Position numbers and translations under genes: made by a program. From Octopus vulgaris (lineage: Eukaryota), in assembly GCA_951406725.2 (NCBI GenBank), contig OX597824.1:10850001-10914000 (forward strand): a DNA stretch of 64,000 nucleotides, given 5' to 3'. The notes beneath the pieces were generated by a model, which worked only from the letters and a program-made list of their open reading frames with translations, did not search any database and was not told where the DNA came from. Within the stretch, counting starts at the first letter, position 1. Each line of letters opens with the position of its first letter. Below are positions 1 to 14,151 of this stretch, one piece after another.

Positions 1-11
1 CTACTACTTAC

Positions 12-77
12 TACTTCCAAGTTCTTTTTTGTGTCAGAAGCAGCACGAGCCATGATATCTTTGCTTCTTTGCAAAGG
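12..77 (-). CDS. MAPKBP1: Probable WDR62/MAPKBP1-like exon (PLQRSKDIMARAASDTKKNLEV)
   Basis: ttctttacag/gtaagt, 66 nt, phase 0 to 0, open frame. Confidence 0.75.
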
Positions 78-764
78 CTGTAAAGAAGAACATGCAGTGT
101 AAGAGGAGAACAAACATGCAAGTGTAGGAGGAACACAGGAGGAAAAAAAGGGTTAAAAAAAAGTTCATGAAATCGTTTTGTATTGCTAGTTTAAATTAAT
201 GGGGTAATTAGTTCATGGGCAGGTGGGGGTAATTCGCCCACCTTTCAGTCAGTTCTTGACTCCCATTTCTTTAAGACGCTAATATGTTTGACCCCAACCA
301 TCTCCATATGAATATAGTAAGGTGGTAAAAACCAAGAGACTTGCTCAAGAACAATATGTAACGGGATATGAACTCGCATCCATAAGGCTTATGCCTCAGC
401 AACTGTGACTCTTACATTGAAGTGTCTGTATGTATGTATGTATGTGTGTGTCGCATTGAGTCGAAATAGGGGCAGCTGAAGAAGGGGAATGCTCCTTGTA
501 TTGTTTGTCTTGTAATCTGTTTTTTCGTTGTTAAAAAAAAGTCCATTTCCTTGTTTGATTTTATGTTTTCGTTTCTCGTTGTGTTCTACGTTTATTTGTG
601 GTGTCCTGTACTCATATATGCATGTATATATACATATAGATGTAGGTATGTACATATATGTATGTATGTATGCATATGTTTTATTTATTAAATTGTTATT
701 ATATTTATTATATGATTGAACACTCGCGTTGTTTTTCTTCTTCTCCAAGTAAGTTTTATTTTTA

Positions 765-814
<50 letters not shown>

Positions 815-821
<7 letters not shown>

Positions 822-1030
822 AGTCAAAAATTATTGGCACTTTTGCCATAGCATATCTTTATTATAGTCACACTGCCTTTTGCGCATGCGTGCTTATAGT
901 TGGTGCTATTGTGGTCACATGAGTGAAGTTTGATCTTGGTTGTGCCATTTTACTTTCTGGTTTTACAATGTAAGCATGGCCCCTCCACTAGCAATGTGCA
1001 CCAACGAAGAACGAAGAGCAGTGATCCAAG
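815..1030 (+). mobile_element. Mariner-like element 5' remnant
   Basis: Follows a (TA)n tract; encodes MAPPLAMCTNEERRAVI, resembling mariner transposase N-termini (CTKEEQR.VIRFL type). Confidence 0.5.
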
Positions 1031-1357
1031 AAATGGTAACGATGAACCAGTGTCTCACCAGACCCTAATGGCTGGTGGTCTATAACCTCTCACTAGTAAT
1101 TAAGGTCCCTGATAAGACAATGTAAAGCTAAGTGCTTTACGGATACAAAACCCTGAGTAATCCCATAGACCAGCCATAACTACCTTTATCTAAATACTCT
1201 ATAACTTAAAGTGTGCTTCTCTTTTGGATTTATGATTTACTGACAATATATATGACAAAGTACTATGCCAGTATATCAACTGCAAACATTGCATAACGGA
1301 TCACATGGCAACGTTTACATGCAATGGTGTTAAGAACAGAGTGATACTGAAATAAAA

Positions 1358-1596
1358 GGTGGCGAGCTGGCAGAAACATTAGCACGTTTACAAAATGCTT
1401 AGTGGTATCTCATCTGCTGCTACATTCTGAGTTCAAATTCTGCCGAGGTCAACTTTGCCTTTCATCCTTTCGGGGTCGATAAATTAAGTACCAGGTACCA
1501 GTTACGCACTGAGGTCGATGTAACCGACTTAATCCCTTTGTCTGTCCTTGCTTGTCCTCTGTGTGTTTAGCCCCTTGTGGGTAGTAAAGAAATAAG
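1358..1596 (+). mobile_element. tRNA-derived SINE family A (Nin-like domain)
   Basis: A-box-like gagctggcagaa, B-box gagttcaaattc, gcctttcatcctttcggggtcgataaa core; TSD tactgaaataa. Confidence 0.88.
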
Positions 1597-1702
1597 TACT
1601 GAAATAATTTCAACTAATAATAAAGATGCACTAAATTCATTATTCATCTTCTTACTTGTATGTATATGTGTGTGTGAGTATGTATATATATATATATGTA
1701 TA

Positions 1703-1739
<37 letters not shown>

Positions 1740-1764
1740 GTGTGTGTGCATATATATATATATT

Positions 1765-1976
1765 TGCCAGCTCCGTCTGGCACCTGTGCGGGTGGCACGT
1801 AAAAAGCACCCACTACACTCACGGAGTGGTTGGCGTTAGGAAGGGCATCCAGCTGTAGAAACACTGCCAGATCAGACTGGGCCTGATGCAGCCTTCTGGC
1901 TTCACAGACCCCAGTTGAACCGTCCAACCCATGCTAGCATGGAAAGCGGACGCTAAATGATGATGATGATGATGAT
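1765..1976 (+). mobile_element. Retroposon family C (RTE-related tail, (TGA)n end), terminal module only
   Basis: GGCGTTAGGAAGGGCATCCAGCTGTAGAAA...CATGCTAGCATGGAAAGCGGACG..(TGA)n. Confidence 0.85.
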
Positions 1977-2578
1977 AATATATATATATATATATAAAAC
2001 ATGATAAATTCAAATACTTTTTAGCAAGATACAGAAATGTAAAGATGCCAAATGCAGAACCCTCAAACAGAACCCTAAGGGAGATAAAAAGATTGGGTTT
2101 TACAGGAATAATGAATTTCAGCCAGATTTTGTTGGAGATGAGAGAAGATGCCTGTGAGGCAGGTAGAAAGAGTAGAATATAAAATACCAGTTTAATACCA
2201 GGAGAGACATGCCAGAATAGTTCAAATTTTAGTTGGGATGCAAGAGAGACCGAGAGAGAGAGAGACAGAGGGAGGGGATTTCTCCATGCAAGGGCTGAGG
2301 GGGATAAAAACTGGTGTTGAACAAACCTGTGTGCTCTGACGGACTGACACATGTGATTGGTGATTGGACAGAATCAGAGAAGGTGAAGAAGGAGTAGGAG
2401 TAGGCTGCAACAGATATAGCTACAAAGTGCAACAGACTGTGACAGAATTTTACAACATTTAACAACAACCTTCAATTGGGAGTTGGATGCGGTGGGGGTG
2501 TGTAGGGGGCTTCTCAAACTTAGAGGTGGAAAACAGATAAAAAGACACATAAGCAAAAATAATAATAACCAAATATAT

Positions 2579-2809
2579 ATTGCTTTACTGCCCACAAGGG
2601 GTTTAAAAATAGAGGGGACAAACAAGGATAGACAAAGGGATTAAGTCGATTACATCAACCCCAGTGCGAAACTGGTACTTTATTTTATCAACCCCGAAAG
2701 GATGAAAGGCAAAGTCGACCTTGGCGGAATATGAACTCAGAACGTATTGACAGACGAAATACCGCTAAGCATTTTGCCCATGCGCTAACGTTTCTGCCAG
2801 CTCGCCGCC
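2579..2809 (-). mobile_element. SINE family A
   Basis: Full-length homolog; TSD aataaccaaatatat. Confidence 0.88.
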
Positions 2810-5447
2810 ACAATAACCAAATATATTAAGAGTGGGACTTCAATAACACATGAACTACACTCAGTGAGAACATTCTACAAAAAAACCATTCTTTACAATC
2901 TTTGTTCCCAAGAAGCAAAAGTTTTTTCCCCCACCCCAACCAATAACACCTACTGGTTATTAGCAGTGTCTTGGCTGACCTGGAGAGGCAATGGGCACTG
3001 TCCTACCTTCTCAAGACTAGCAAACCAATCAAATGTGTGTATACACACGTAATGAAGGGTGAAAATGACATTCAATAATATTAGATAAATATATTTGAAT
3101 GCTACAAAAGAGATATATGTGTATTCAATCTCCACAGTTTTATAACTCAGCTGTAAGGTATGTGTGTTGTACATATTTAGGTTTAAATCTAAATCTAAGC
3201 AGAACAACATTTAAGACATTTTATTTCATGTCACTTCCTCTATCTGTAAGATATTAATACAGCCTTATCAGTATTTCAGTAAAAGTAGTATTCCAAGACA
3301 GTAGTATTCACTATAGTAGAAAATACAGGTGTGGTTTGGTTACAGCAGTGTCCACTCTACAATAACCTCTACTTATATTGCACTGACCTGTAAACAAACT
3401 TTTTGTTTTCAAATGATCCTGATTATTATTATTATGATGATAATGATGATGATTACTGGAGTATTAGAAACAACAGAATGACAGACTTACATCCCTTTAT
3501 GTCTTAAGTTCAAATCTGCAGTTAACTCTGCCTAAGTTGATTAAATCTATCCTGCTCCTTCCTTCATTTATGACTGGTGCCAAAATCCAAAATCCTTATT
3601 TGGTAATCAATATCAACTGTACCATCTCCAACAGATGGCCCTTAAAGTTTTCACTTCAAATCCTGCCAAGGTATGTTTGTTTTCTATCCTTTTGTGATCA
3701 GTAAACTAAAGAACCAATTTGAGGCCTACTTAACTGATATCTCATCTTCATTTAATGTCTTTTTTTCCATGCTGGCAAGGGTTGTATAGTTCAAAAGGAG
3801 ATGGCATGTCAAAGGACTCTAATATTTCCTCCCACCAAATCTCTGGTCTTGCACTTATGATAGAAACAATTACTATTTTTATTATTATAAGGTAGAATAG
3901 GTGGCAAGCTGGCAGAATCGTTAGCATGCCAAGTAAAATGCTTAGCAGCATTTTGTCTATCCTGAGTTCAAATTCCACCAAGATTGACTTTGTCTTTCAT
4001 CCTTTCAGAGTTGATAAATCAAGTACCAGTGGAGTTGATGTAATCAACTAGTCCTCTCCCCTACAAATTTCAGGCCAAATGCCACTATCGTTGAATGTCC
4101 TTCATGCTCTCAAGGTTGGTAAAATAAGTACCAGTTAAGCACCAGGGTCGATGTAATCAACCAGTCATCACCTCATCCCACCAAATTTCAAGCTTTATGC
4201 CTAGAGTAGAAAGAATTATTATGACAGCATCAAATAAGATGCCTTCCAGTAGTTCTTCAGTTCTTTACATTCTGAGTCCCTGCATACCAAGGCCAAAAGC
4301 AGGAAACTAGCAGAATCTTTACTGTGTTGGACAAAATGTTTAGCAGCATTTCTTCTAACTTTAAGCACTGAATTCAAATGTCGCCAAGGTCAACTTTGCC
4401 TTTCAACTTTTAGGGGTTGAGAGAATAAGAACCAGTTGAGTACTGAGGCCAATCTAAGTCCCTACCCCAAATTTCAGGCCTTGTGCCTATAGTAGAAAGG
4501 ATTAATATTGGAACATCATAACATATCTGGCTGAGATGGTAGATAAATTGTTGCTATATGTGAGGATAGTTCACTTTCCATTAACCAAACATTTTCAGTT
4601 AATATTTACGCAAAGGTTTAACCAAGCCAGCACGGAAAACAGACATTAAATGATGATAATGCTGGTTTAAAGCTGATATCAACCAAGGGATTGGAAAAAG
4701 AGGATCACAGTTAGTAAAGGGAATATATAATACTTTAGTAAAATAATATTCTTATTAATATTTTTTGAGTATGTTAATGTAAAAGTTATTTGGAAATTTA
4801 CAAAAATATTTAAGTAACATGAAGATTAAAATCAGGAAGAATCAAAATGAAGGAAAATTCAAGAGGAACAACCTCAAAATGGGAAAAATACAAAACAGAA
4901 CTAATTAAAATGCAAAAAAAGGCAAACAAAACAAAACAAATACACAAACTAACTTTTTTCCATAACAACATGTAGAGTTTACAAAATAGACCAAATCAAA
5001 GAAAAAAGTAGAAATTGTGCCAAATTGCTTGATGAAGCAAGAACAGAAAGTGTATGGAGTCATTTCCCCCATAACAATGTCAACTTTCACTAGGTTACCA
5101 ATTCTAGTGATTAGACAAACACACACACACATTATTGATGTTAATAGTATCTGGATGGTTCACTGATACCATGGCTGTTGAAAATATTCAAAATAGTCAG
5201 AGGGAGAAATGGAGCATTGTTGGAAGAATTAGAATGGCAGAGATTTGAAGGAAATTTGGTGGTTGCTACTTTTAGCAGCTCAAGAAGCCATACAGTAGTT
5301 ACCTAGCTGAGTCATTAAAAATTATAAAAGAACAGATAGCAGTCAGTACAGTGTAAGTTAATCTTCGAAAAAACCACAACAATCTCCTTCATATAAAAAG
5401 TCCTAAATCCTACTACAATATAATATAATCAAGGTGATTGCTCTAAT

Positions 5448-5827
5448 TACTCTTTTACTTGTTTCAGTCACTTGAATGTGGCCATGCTGGAGCACCGCCT
5501 TTAGTCGAGCAAATCGACTCCATGACTTATTCTTTGTAAGCCCAGTACTTATTCTATCAGTCTCTTTTGCTGAATCACTAAGTTACAGGGACGTAAATAC
5601 ACCAGCATCGATTGTCAAGCAATGTTGGAGGGACAAACACAGACACACACACATATATATATATATATATGATGGGCTTCTTTCAGTTTCCGTATACCAA
5701 ATCCACTCACAAGGCTTTGGTCGGCCTGAGGCTATAAGTAGAAGACACTTGCCCAAGGTGCCATGCAGTGGGAAGGAACCCAGAACCATGTGGTTGGTAA
5801 GCAAGCTACTTACCACACAGCCACTCC
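5448..5827 (-). mobile_element. tRNA-derived SINE family B (CORE-like block, central microsatellite)
   Basis: Head gtggctgtgtggtaag...gggttc, ccttgggcaagtgtctt block, (TA/TG)n centre, gaaacaagtaaaagag tail. Confidence 0.85.
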
Positions 5828-7138
5828 GGTGCAACAATAAACTCTGCAGATGTGTTGCGCAGGTTTTAATAAATGGTTGTAATTCAAATACAATTAAATA
5901 GCAACAGTGACTGTGACAAATGTGCAGCAGGTCAAGAGGAAACAAAATTTTATCTTTTATTGCCATTACTTATTTTACTGAAGACCTTTTCTATGGAACA
6001 TAGGCCAATGACAACTTTTCTTCGCTATTCTCAACTCTGGGCTATGGGCTCTTCCTACCTTCCTCTCTCAGGTTTTGGTTCTGAATTGTCAACAATGCTT
6101 CTGTAACTTTGTTTCCTACCACCACCACCAGATAAGGGAATTAGCCCTACACAACCAAACCCCATTGTTACTTCTTGGAAGAGGTGATCCGTATTAGTTT
6201 GGCTTCTATCCTTCCACCTGTCTATCATAGGCAGCCTTACCAGCAGTTTGTGTCCCAGTAGCAGAGTTCTCAGGGTCCCAAAAGCACACAAGCCACCAGA
6301 TCACAAGGACTGGACCTTGGGATGGTTTTTGTTACCGTAATTCTGCAGAAATATACTGGTTTGTCTCAGTTAAATTTTTAAAATAATGAAGAATTTAAAA
6401 TAATTCATTATTAAGCCTTTTGTTATGATATTTCTGCTGAAGTACATTGTTTTTCTTTCAACTAATTTAAGAAATAAGAAAGAATATAGCAAGATAACTG
6501 TTGATATTAAACTGATGTTTGGGAAGTTTTAATGAGAAGTTTTAATTTAGATGAACTTGAAACAGGAAGTTTGTACCATTGGACCAAGGGTGGTCACAGA
6601 TGGGTTGGTATCAAAACGGTTAAACTGGTGTTTGGAACAAACGCAAAATTTTGATAGAAAATTTAAATCGTTTTAAAATGGGAAGCTTGTGTTATAGAGT
6701 CAGGGATGGTCACAGGAAGTTGGTATCAGGTTAATAGATTGAACAATTCTACATTAGAAGTGACAGAGAATGCAACAACTCTGGAAAAGAGAGTTATACT
6801 GTCTCACATGAAATATAATTTAATACCTGCCTTAAAAACAATTATGAATGATAAACCGAACCCTCTGTATTCATATGCATTTCAGGATGTTACAATGGGT
6901 AGTACAGTTCCTAGTCAGCCATAATATAACAGATAGTCACCCAGATATTATTAACAAAAAGACAATTCAAATTGTTCCACAGAAATGAGAACCAACATAT
7001 CAAGGTATAATATCAAAATAACATTTCACAAACGAAACAGAAAATTACTGAGAGATTTAAAGACTCAGTTAAATGGACAGCTGGAATTAGATGCTTAATA
7101 GCATCAAGCTGGTGCCTATGAAAGAACTCAATACTTAC

Positions 7139-7187
7139 ATCATACCAGTTATCTTGTCTTTGAATACTATTATATAAAGCAAGGTTT
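7139..7187 (-). CDS. MAPKBP1: Probable WDR62/MAPKBP1-like exon (KNLALYNSIQRQDNWYD)
   Basis: tatttccag/gtaagt, 49 nt, phase 2 to 0 fits its neighbours. Confidence 0.75.
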
Positions 7188-7538
7188 CTGGAAATAGAAA
7201 TATAAAATGTAATGAAACACACACAAAAAGAAAAAGCAGATGACTAATATACAAAGGGAAAAATGGGGTGGTTAAATAATATTGGCCTTAGATAAAACAA
7301 TATTTTCATTTAGTTTTAAAACCTTATTTACTTCAAACAATGTGCATGCAACAATTTAGCCAATCCAGCCATTACAGAAAATTTCCCATGTGTAACAATC
7401 TTTATCTCAAGGCAAAACTAAAATTTATTGTCAGTGGTGGGGCAAGTAAAAGACTTAGACTAAAAAATATTATGTGGCGATAATGACAAAGTTTGAACTC
7501 CTGACTTAGGCATCAACCAATTAAATTACAAAGCATTT

Positions 7539-7826
7539 ATCATCGTCATCATTTGACATCCGCTTTCCATGCTAGCATGGGTTGGACGATTTGACTGAGG
7601 TCTGGTGAACCAGATGGCTGCACCAGGCTCCAATCTGATCTGGCAGAGTTTCTACAGTTGGATGCCCTTTCTAACGCCAACCACTCTGAGAGTGTAGTGG
7701 GTGATTTTACATGCCACCGGCACAAGGGCCAGTCTGGCGGTACTGGCAACAGCCATGCTCGGAATGGTGTTTTTTATGTGCCACCTGCACAGGAGTCAGT
7801 CCAGCGGCACTGGCAACGACCTCGAT
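7539..7826 (-). mobile_element. Retroposon family C
   Basis: Homologous tail plus about 2 modules. Confidence 0.85.
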
Positions 7827-9196
7827 CAAATAAAAAACAATTAGTTTCCTGCATTCTTGAGCTTAACTCTGAAGTACAGGGCTTATGTAACTTTTGAACA
7901 GAAGGACTGGTTCATATGACATCAGAATATATCTACACACTATTGGTTCTATGTGACTTATGTCTCGTGGACAGCCCTTCTCCAAAATCTTTAGTTACCT
8001 GATCCATAATTGGGGCCCTTAACACTACCAACTTGGACTACAGAGGACCAAAGGATAACTCTATATTTCCCACCAGCCCTGTACTCCCTGGGTGAAGCCA
8101 GATGCATTTCAATGTCTTACTCAGGATGACGATGAGTATTTCCAACTGCTTAATGGAACTCAGCACCATTTATATTGCTGAACAGATTATAAATAAAATA
8201 ATCCAGCTACACTCTTGAAAGTGGATTTCATTAAAACATATTAGATTCAGTTTAAATAATTTTGTACCTCAACCACTTTAAATGAATTACCTGTTACCTA
8301 AACCAGTTTAACTGGAATAACATTCCATGAGAAAGACAATCTAAATGATAAGAAAATTTTATTGAGGCTCCTAGCCTTGCCAGCTCCTGTCAGACATCCA
8401 ACCCATGCCAGTGTGGAAGATGGACATTAAATGATGAGAATAAAATCATACAAATAGAAGGAATTATATAGGCCAAGCATTTCTGTGAATTCATTCATTT
8501 GTATGATTTTATCCTCATCATTAAATGCCTTAATAAAAAAATCACTCATGCCAAAAATCACAATAAGAAAACTGCACTCAAACATGCCATGTGACAAGTT
8601 AAAACATTTGGCTGAAATAATTAGAACAAAATTATATTCTGAATAGGTGTACATCATCTGGACAGTTTGACATGGTCCAACAAGCCACTGAGCTGTGTCA
8701 GGCCCAATGTCAGCTTTGGCTTGGTTTCTTCAGCTGGATGCCCTTCCTAACACTAACCACTTTATAATGCATACTGGCTGATTTTTTGTGGCACCAACAC
8801 TAGTGGGGTCACCAAGTGACTTGCAAGACAAAGTAAAGTAAGGAAAAAGATTAGTTGATTGAGTGGGAGTGTGTTCGAGAGTGAGAGAGGAAGCTTTATG
8901 CCAAGAGCTGAAGGCTTAATTAAATATGATAGAGGGACAAGCACAGGTATCTTGCTATAGAAAAGATACATGACAACCCTGCATTAGGTAAGGCTGGGTG
9001 GGAGTAGTTGAAAGGGAAATAAAAATGGTGGTAACAGGGAGCCAAAGCATTTGCCTAAATGAAGGAAATCATGTAATCACTGTTAACAACAGAATGAAGA
9101 ATTGGAAATGGCTGATGAGGTTGGTTTATCAGAGACTTATTCCTTAATCTGTGTTCATAACAAAACGACAAAGATATATCATCATAAAAGCCTTAC

Positions 9197-9369
9197 TTGA
9201 TTCCAGATGGTTGAGCTCGAGATAAGAACCGTGCAGATATACTGAGTCGAGGTGTACTGCTGTTTAGGTGGTCGTGCATTTCTTGTTCAAGGACATCGAG
9301 TTTCTGTAGGAAGTGGTCAGTATTCGATGGAGAAAAACTCAAACTTTCAAAGTTGTCTTTGACAAAAGT
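9197..9369 (-). CDS. MAPKBP1: WDR62/MAPKBP1-like exon (TFVKDNFESLSF...PRLSISARFLSRAQPSGI)
   Basis: ccgcag/gtaagg, 173 nt, phase 0 to 2; SISA.FLSR motif; ORF 9193..9429. Confidence 0.9.
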
Positions 9370-10044
9370 CTGCGGAATGTGAAAACAAAATGAAACAGAA
9401 GCTATTACAATCACCACCTCCACCAGCATGCAAAGGAAGAATTGAAAGGAAATTTTTGTGCAAAAAGAAGAAAATTGTGTGTGACAGATACATCAAGTGT
9501 TACCCATATACTTTTTTTTTTGTAGGAAAAAAAAAAATCTCACCTGTAAACTCAGTAACTCCATGATTAATCACATGAATAAAAATACAAAAAGAACCAT
9601 ACTTTATATGTGTAGTGTACTGATATAATTATTATGTAAATTGCTTATGTAAGTGTGAAACTGCATTAAAGTATTGTGGCCAACCAGATATGTTTACATA
9701 TGCATCTAGAAGTAAGAGCTGAGTGTGGCTCAAGTATGGGGGGGGGGGGGTTAGCTAAAGATTAATAATCCAAAGTTCAAATTAACAGTAATTTCATTTA
9801 ATCTCGCTGTTTTATTAGCCTCAGCAAGCCTAACTGAAATTAGGCATCAGTCACATTTCGCAACTGAAGGTATAAACGTTAGAACACCAACCAGTTCTAA
9901 AAACAATTACTCCACAAATTAAAACAGATATCTTAATTTACAAGATCAACCAGCTAATGCTATCACAAGATAATGATGGTGTATCTTGAAAAGCAGCTGC
10001 AAATTCCAAGTTGACATCTGCTCTTTTCTCCGTTCCCGCGAACT

Positions 10045-10718
10045 CATTTCACCCTTTTTGGATAGACTTGTGACTGGTGATGTAAAATGGATCTTCTATT
10101 GAAATGTCAAACATTGTAAATAGTGGCTTGATAAAGAGCTCAACCACAACCGAGAAGGGAACTTCATGGGAAAAAGGTTCTCTCTATCTGGTGGGATTGC
10201 AAAAGAGTAATTCACTTTGAATTGTTACCACCTAATGCAACAATCAATGCTCAAGTCTACTGTCAGCAATTAAAGCATTTGAACCAAGCTTCGAAGAGAA
10301 AAATACCCGCTCTAGTGAATCAAAAAGGAGTGATGTTTCATCAGGACAATATACGACCCCACACTGCAAAGATCACATCACAGAAGATCGAAGAGCTTGG
10401 TTGGGAAAAAATTCCTCATCCACCTTATTCTCCATACTTTGCTCCTTCAGACTACCATTTGTTTCATAGTTTGCAGAATCATTTGGGGGTCATAACTTTT
10501 GCAAGCCAGGAGGAGGTCGAAACTGACATTTCAGACTTCTTCGCTTTTAGACCAAAAGAGTTTTACATTGATGGGATTAAAAAGCTTGTAAATAGATGGA
10601 AGGAAGTCATAGATAAACAGGGAAAGTACATTGATGATTAAATTTCAATTAAATATAACATTTAATCACTTGTTTTCTTTATTCAAAATTCGGACAGAAC
10701 TTATGGGATGACCTGACA
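10045..10718 (+). mobile_element. Mariner (DD34D) transposon, decayed 3' half with right TIR
   Basis: LVTGD.KW, FHQDN.RPHT and HPPYSP..APSDYHLF motifs; stops and frameshifts upstream of ORF 10222..10641; TIR-like cggacagaacttatgggatgacctg at about 10691-10715. Confidence 0.92.
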
Positions 10719-12818
10719 TAATATATAAGATGACTTGATAGATTTTTGACAGTGGAAGACAAAAAAGAGGAAGATTTATTTTTAAATGCGAGGGTGGATT
10801 TTATATATATATGTATATATATATATGTATGTATGTTTATGTAGGTGTATGATATATATGTAGAGTCAGAGACAGACCGACACACAAAAGGAGTGAGAGA
10901 GAGAGAGAGAGATAACATCTAAGTTGAAATATACACAAGACACGCTAGACACAAACAATACTTAACTAAAAGACATATATACACACACATGTATGTGTAT
11001 ACAGGTGTGTGTGTGTGTGTATACACAGAGAGAGACAGACAGACAGAGAGAGAGAACTAATCCACTTATTTACCTTAACTTGTAAACTAATCAAATGGTA
11101 ACAGATTGATTTTTAGATCAATTTTCAACGAAATCAATAATCATATGGAATAAAAATTATTTATAGTCAAGAGAGGCAGCATTGCTAATACAGAGCACCA
11201 AGATGAATGGTATTTGCTTCCTCTTCCCACAATTTTTGGGTAGAGTTTGTCCACCTCCACTGGAGGGTCAGAAAGGCTAAATACAATAATTTGTCTGAAA
11301 ATTATTTGATATTCTTCAATTAACAGTTTCAATTCAACAGCCAACTGCTCTGCTAATAATCAAAGAGAAGCAGAGAAAATTTCAAGAGATAGATACTAAT
11401 TGATTATATTTTCTCATTTGTGAATTAAATAATTACACTAATAATATAACATTTCACTAAGGTGAATGAAATCAAATATATCCTCACCTGCAAAGTTAAG
11501 AAGTTTCTTTACCTTATGCCTAAGTTAGAAATTCTTATCTGCATTAACATAGCAATTAGCACATGTAAACAACTGCTGCTTGAAAAATTAATGCAAAAAA
11601 CTTCAAGAACTATCAAAATCTGACACACCTTAAAAAAAAAAAAACAAATAGTGTGCATGTGATTGCATTTTTTTCTGATGACAGTCAAATGTCAATTCAG
11701 CTATTTATCAGATACTACAACCCAAATCTAAAATAAACTTACATTCCAGTTAAAATACTATCACTAGTCACAACTAATAAAAGTTGCTGAGTAGCTTTTT
11801 TCACCTCAGAGTTACATTTATGGTTTAGGAGTTAAAACATTGTAGAGGTTTGCTATGAATAGTCAGAATATATTTATTTTAAAGCTGAATAAGTCTACTT
11901 CTGACAACCATTCAACTGTGAAATGGGTGTGGTATCAGCTCATTTCAGCTAGGTACACTGAGAGATATTGATTATACAATGAATAGGAAGAGTGTCCCTT
12001 GATGACATCTCTCTCACTAGTTCAAAATTTTAACCAATCAAAACAGTTCACCACCTTTTAGCTGTGATACCCTTGAAAATAAGATAGCCAGAAAGAGCCA
12101 CAACTTTACCCAGAATACCAAAAGTCGAAAGAACAAATACACCTACAGGTTGAACTTACCACCAAATTCAACATGGAGGCTTGAATAGTCGACATTCTAT
12201 GTTCTTTCTGAGAATTTTTAATAAATGAAAAACATTGTAACAAAAGATTAAGAAAATTACTGAAAGAAATATAGCTTCTGCAATATACACAACAATTTCC
12301 TAATAATATATATTCAATTCAACTGGGTTAAACTTTTCAAAAGCTAAATACAAAAGACCCTCAATTAATCAAGGGACAAAAGCAAGCAAGTACAGTCTTT
12401 TATTTTTCAGAGTCTCTGAAGTTGGTGAATTGAAAGGAGTAAGACAGATATCCCCAAACTGTAAGCTTCTTCTGAGTTTTCACAACAGAATGAATTCTGC
12501 TAAAGGCATCCAGAGACCATGTGGTGGTGTTAAACCAAATGATGGTTTGACTAGGTGATGGTGGTGGTACATCTGGTGATACACTGAGTCTGCAACCCAA
12601 GAACTCAGAACACAAGAACTAGAACAAATACCACAAGGCATCTCTAACAATTCTGACAATCTACCTCCTTGGACTGGTGCTTTTCATCTTTCCAAGAGGA
12701 AAGAAAATATCACCACCACCTGCCAAAAAAAGTCAAGTATTGGACTCAATTTAATCACAGAGCATCTATGATGCTAGTGTTGTAGTGTTTGACCAATTGA
12801 GAATGTGAACCATTACCT

Positions 12819-13048
12819 ATTTCTTTACTGCCCACAAGGGGCTAAACACAGAGAGGACAAACAAGGACAGACATAGGTATTAAGTCGATTATATCGACCC
12901 CAGTGCATAACTGGTACTTATTTAATCGACCCCGAAAGGATGAAAGGCAAAGTCGACCTCGGCGGAATTTGAACTCAGAACGTAGCGGCAGACGAAATAC
13001 AGCTAAGCATTTCGCCCGGCGTGCTAACGTTTCTGCCAGCTTGCTGCA
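12819..13048 (-). mobile_element. SINE family A
   Basis: Full-length homolog; TSD aatgtgaaccatta. Confidence 0.88.
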
Positions 13049-13517
13049 TCTGACTGGTAATGTGAACCATTAGCAGTCAGATGACTTGCCTTTGCTTGGA
13101 TGTGGTCTATTGTGCATGTGTGTGTGTGTGTGCACACATGTGCTTCTGAATGTGCACATAAACATGTATAGCAGCAACACAGACCTTTATATGTGTTGTG
13201 CAAGACTCCAGTGTAAGATTTAGATGGCCCTTTGTAGAAAGTCAGGAACTGTTCAAGGCTGAAGTATTTCTCCTAAAGAGAATCCCTAGTCTATGTGATT
13301 CATTTCAAAAAATGCTGTATGTGTGAAGTCACTGTGAGAGATTATCACAGATTGTGAGGTCTGAGACATTGAAAACATATATATTGTTTAAAACTAGAAA
13401 AGGTGAAATACAAAACTGTTTCCTTGACATATGTGTCCTGATTGGGTCAGTAGGCTGTTGAAAGATGGATAGGTTGACATTATACAGAAGGATCATCTCA
13501 AAGTCTCTTTATCTTTT

Positions 13518-13997
13518 AGCTTTTACTTGTTACAGTATTTACACTGTGGCCATACTGGGGCAGCACCTTGAAGAGATTTTAGTCAAATGAATCAATCCCA
13601 GTACTTTTTTTTTAAAAAAAAACCTGGCATTTACTCTATTGGTCTATTTTTGCCAAACCACTAAGTTATGGGGATGTAAACACAGACACTCGTTGTCAAG
13701 CATTACTGGAGGACAAATACAAATATAAAGACACACACACACACATCTGGTGGTGGTGGTGGTGGTACATCAGGTGACAGACTGAGCCTACAACCCAAGA
13801 ACTCAGAACACGAGAACTGGGACAAATACCACAAGGCATCCAACAGGCTTCTTTCAGTTTCCATCTACCAAATTCACTCACAGGGCTTTGGTCAGCCTGA
13901 GGCTATAATAGAAGACACCTCCCCAAGGTGCCATGCAGTGGGACTGAACCCAGAACCAAGTGGTTGGAAAGCAAAATTCTTACCAGACAGCTACACC
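13518..13997 (-). mobile_element. SINE family B with a foreign insert in the central slot
   Basis: Both SINE arms present; 13748-13841 duplicates 12554-12642. Confidence 0.75.
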
Positions 13998-14151
13998 AAA
14001 TTTTAATGTTCACTTTTCCATGCCTTCATGGGTCAAATGAAACTTACTGAGGCAGATTTTCTACAGCTTGATGCTCTCCCTGTTGCCAATTCACACCTGT
14101 TTCCACATAAGGTAATATCTTGCTTAGTCCTTCAAACAATGAACAGTTCAA

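Noticed and set aside
10222-10641. 139-aa ORF as a functional transposase or SETMAR gene
   Set aside because: Upstream catalytic region has stops and frameshifts, there is no N-terminus or SET domain, so it is a fossil mariner
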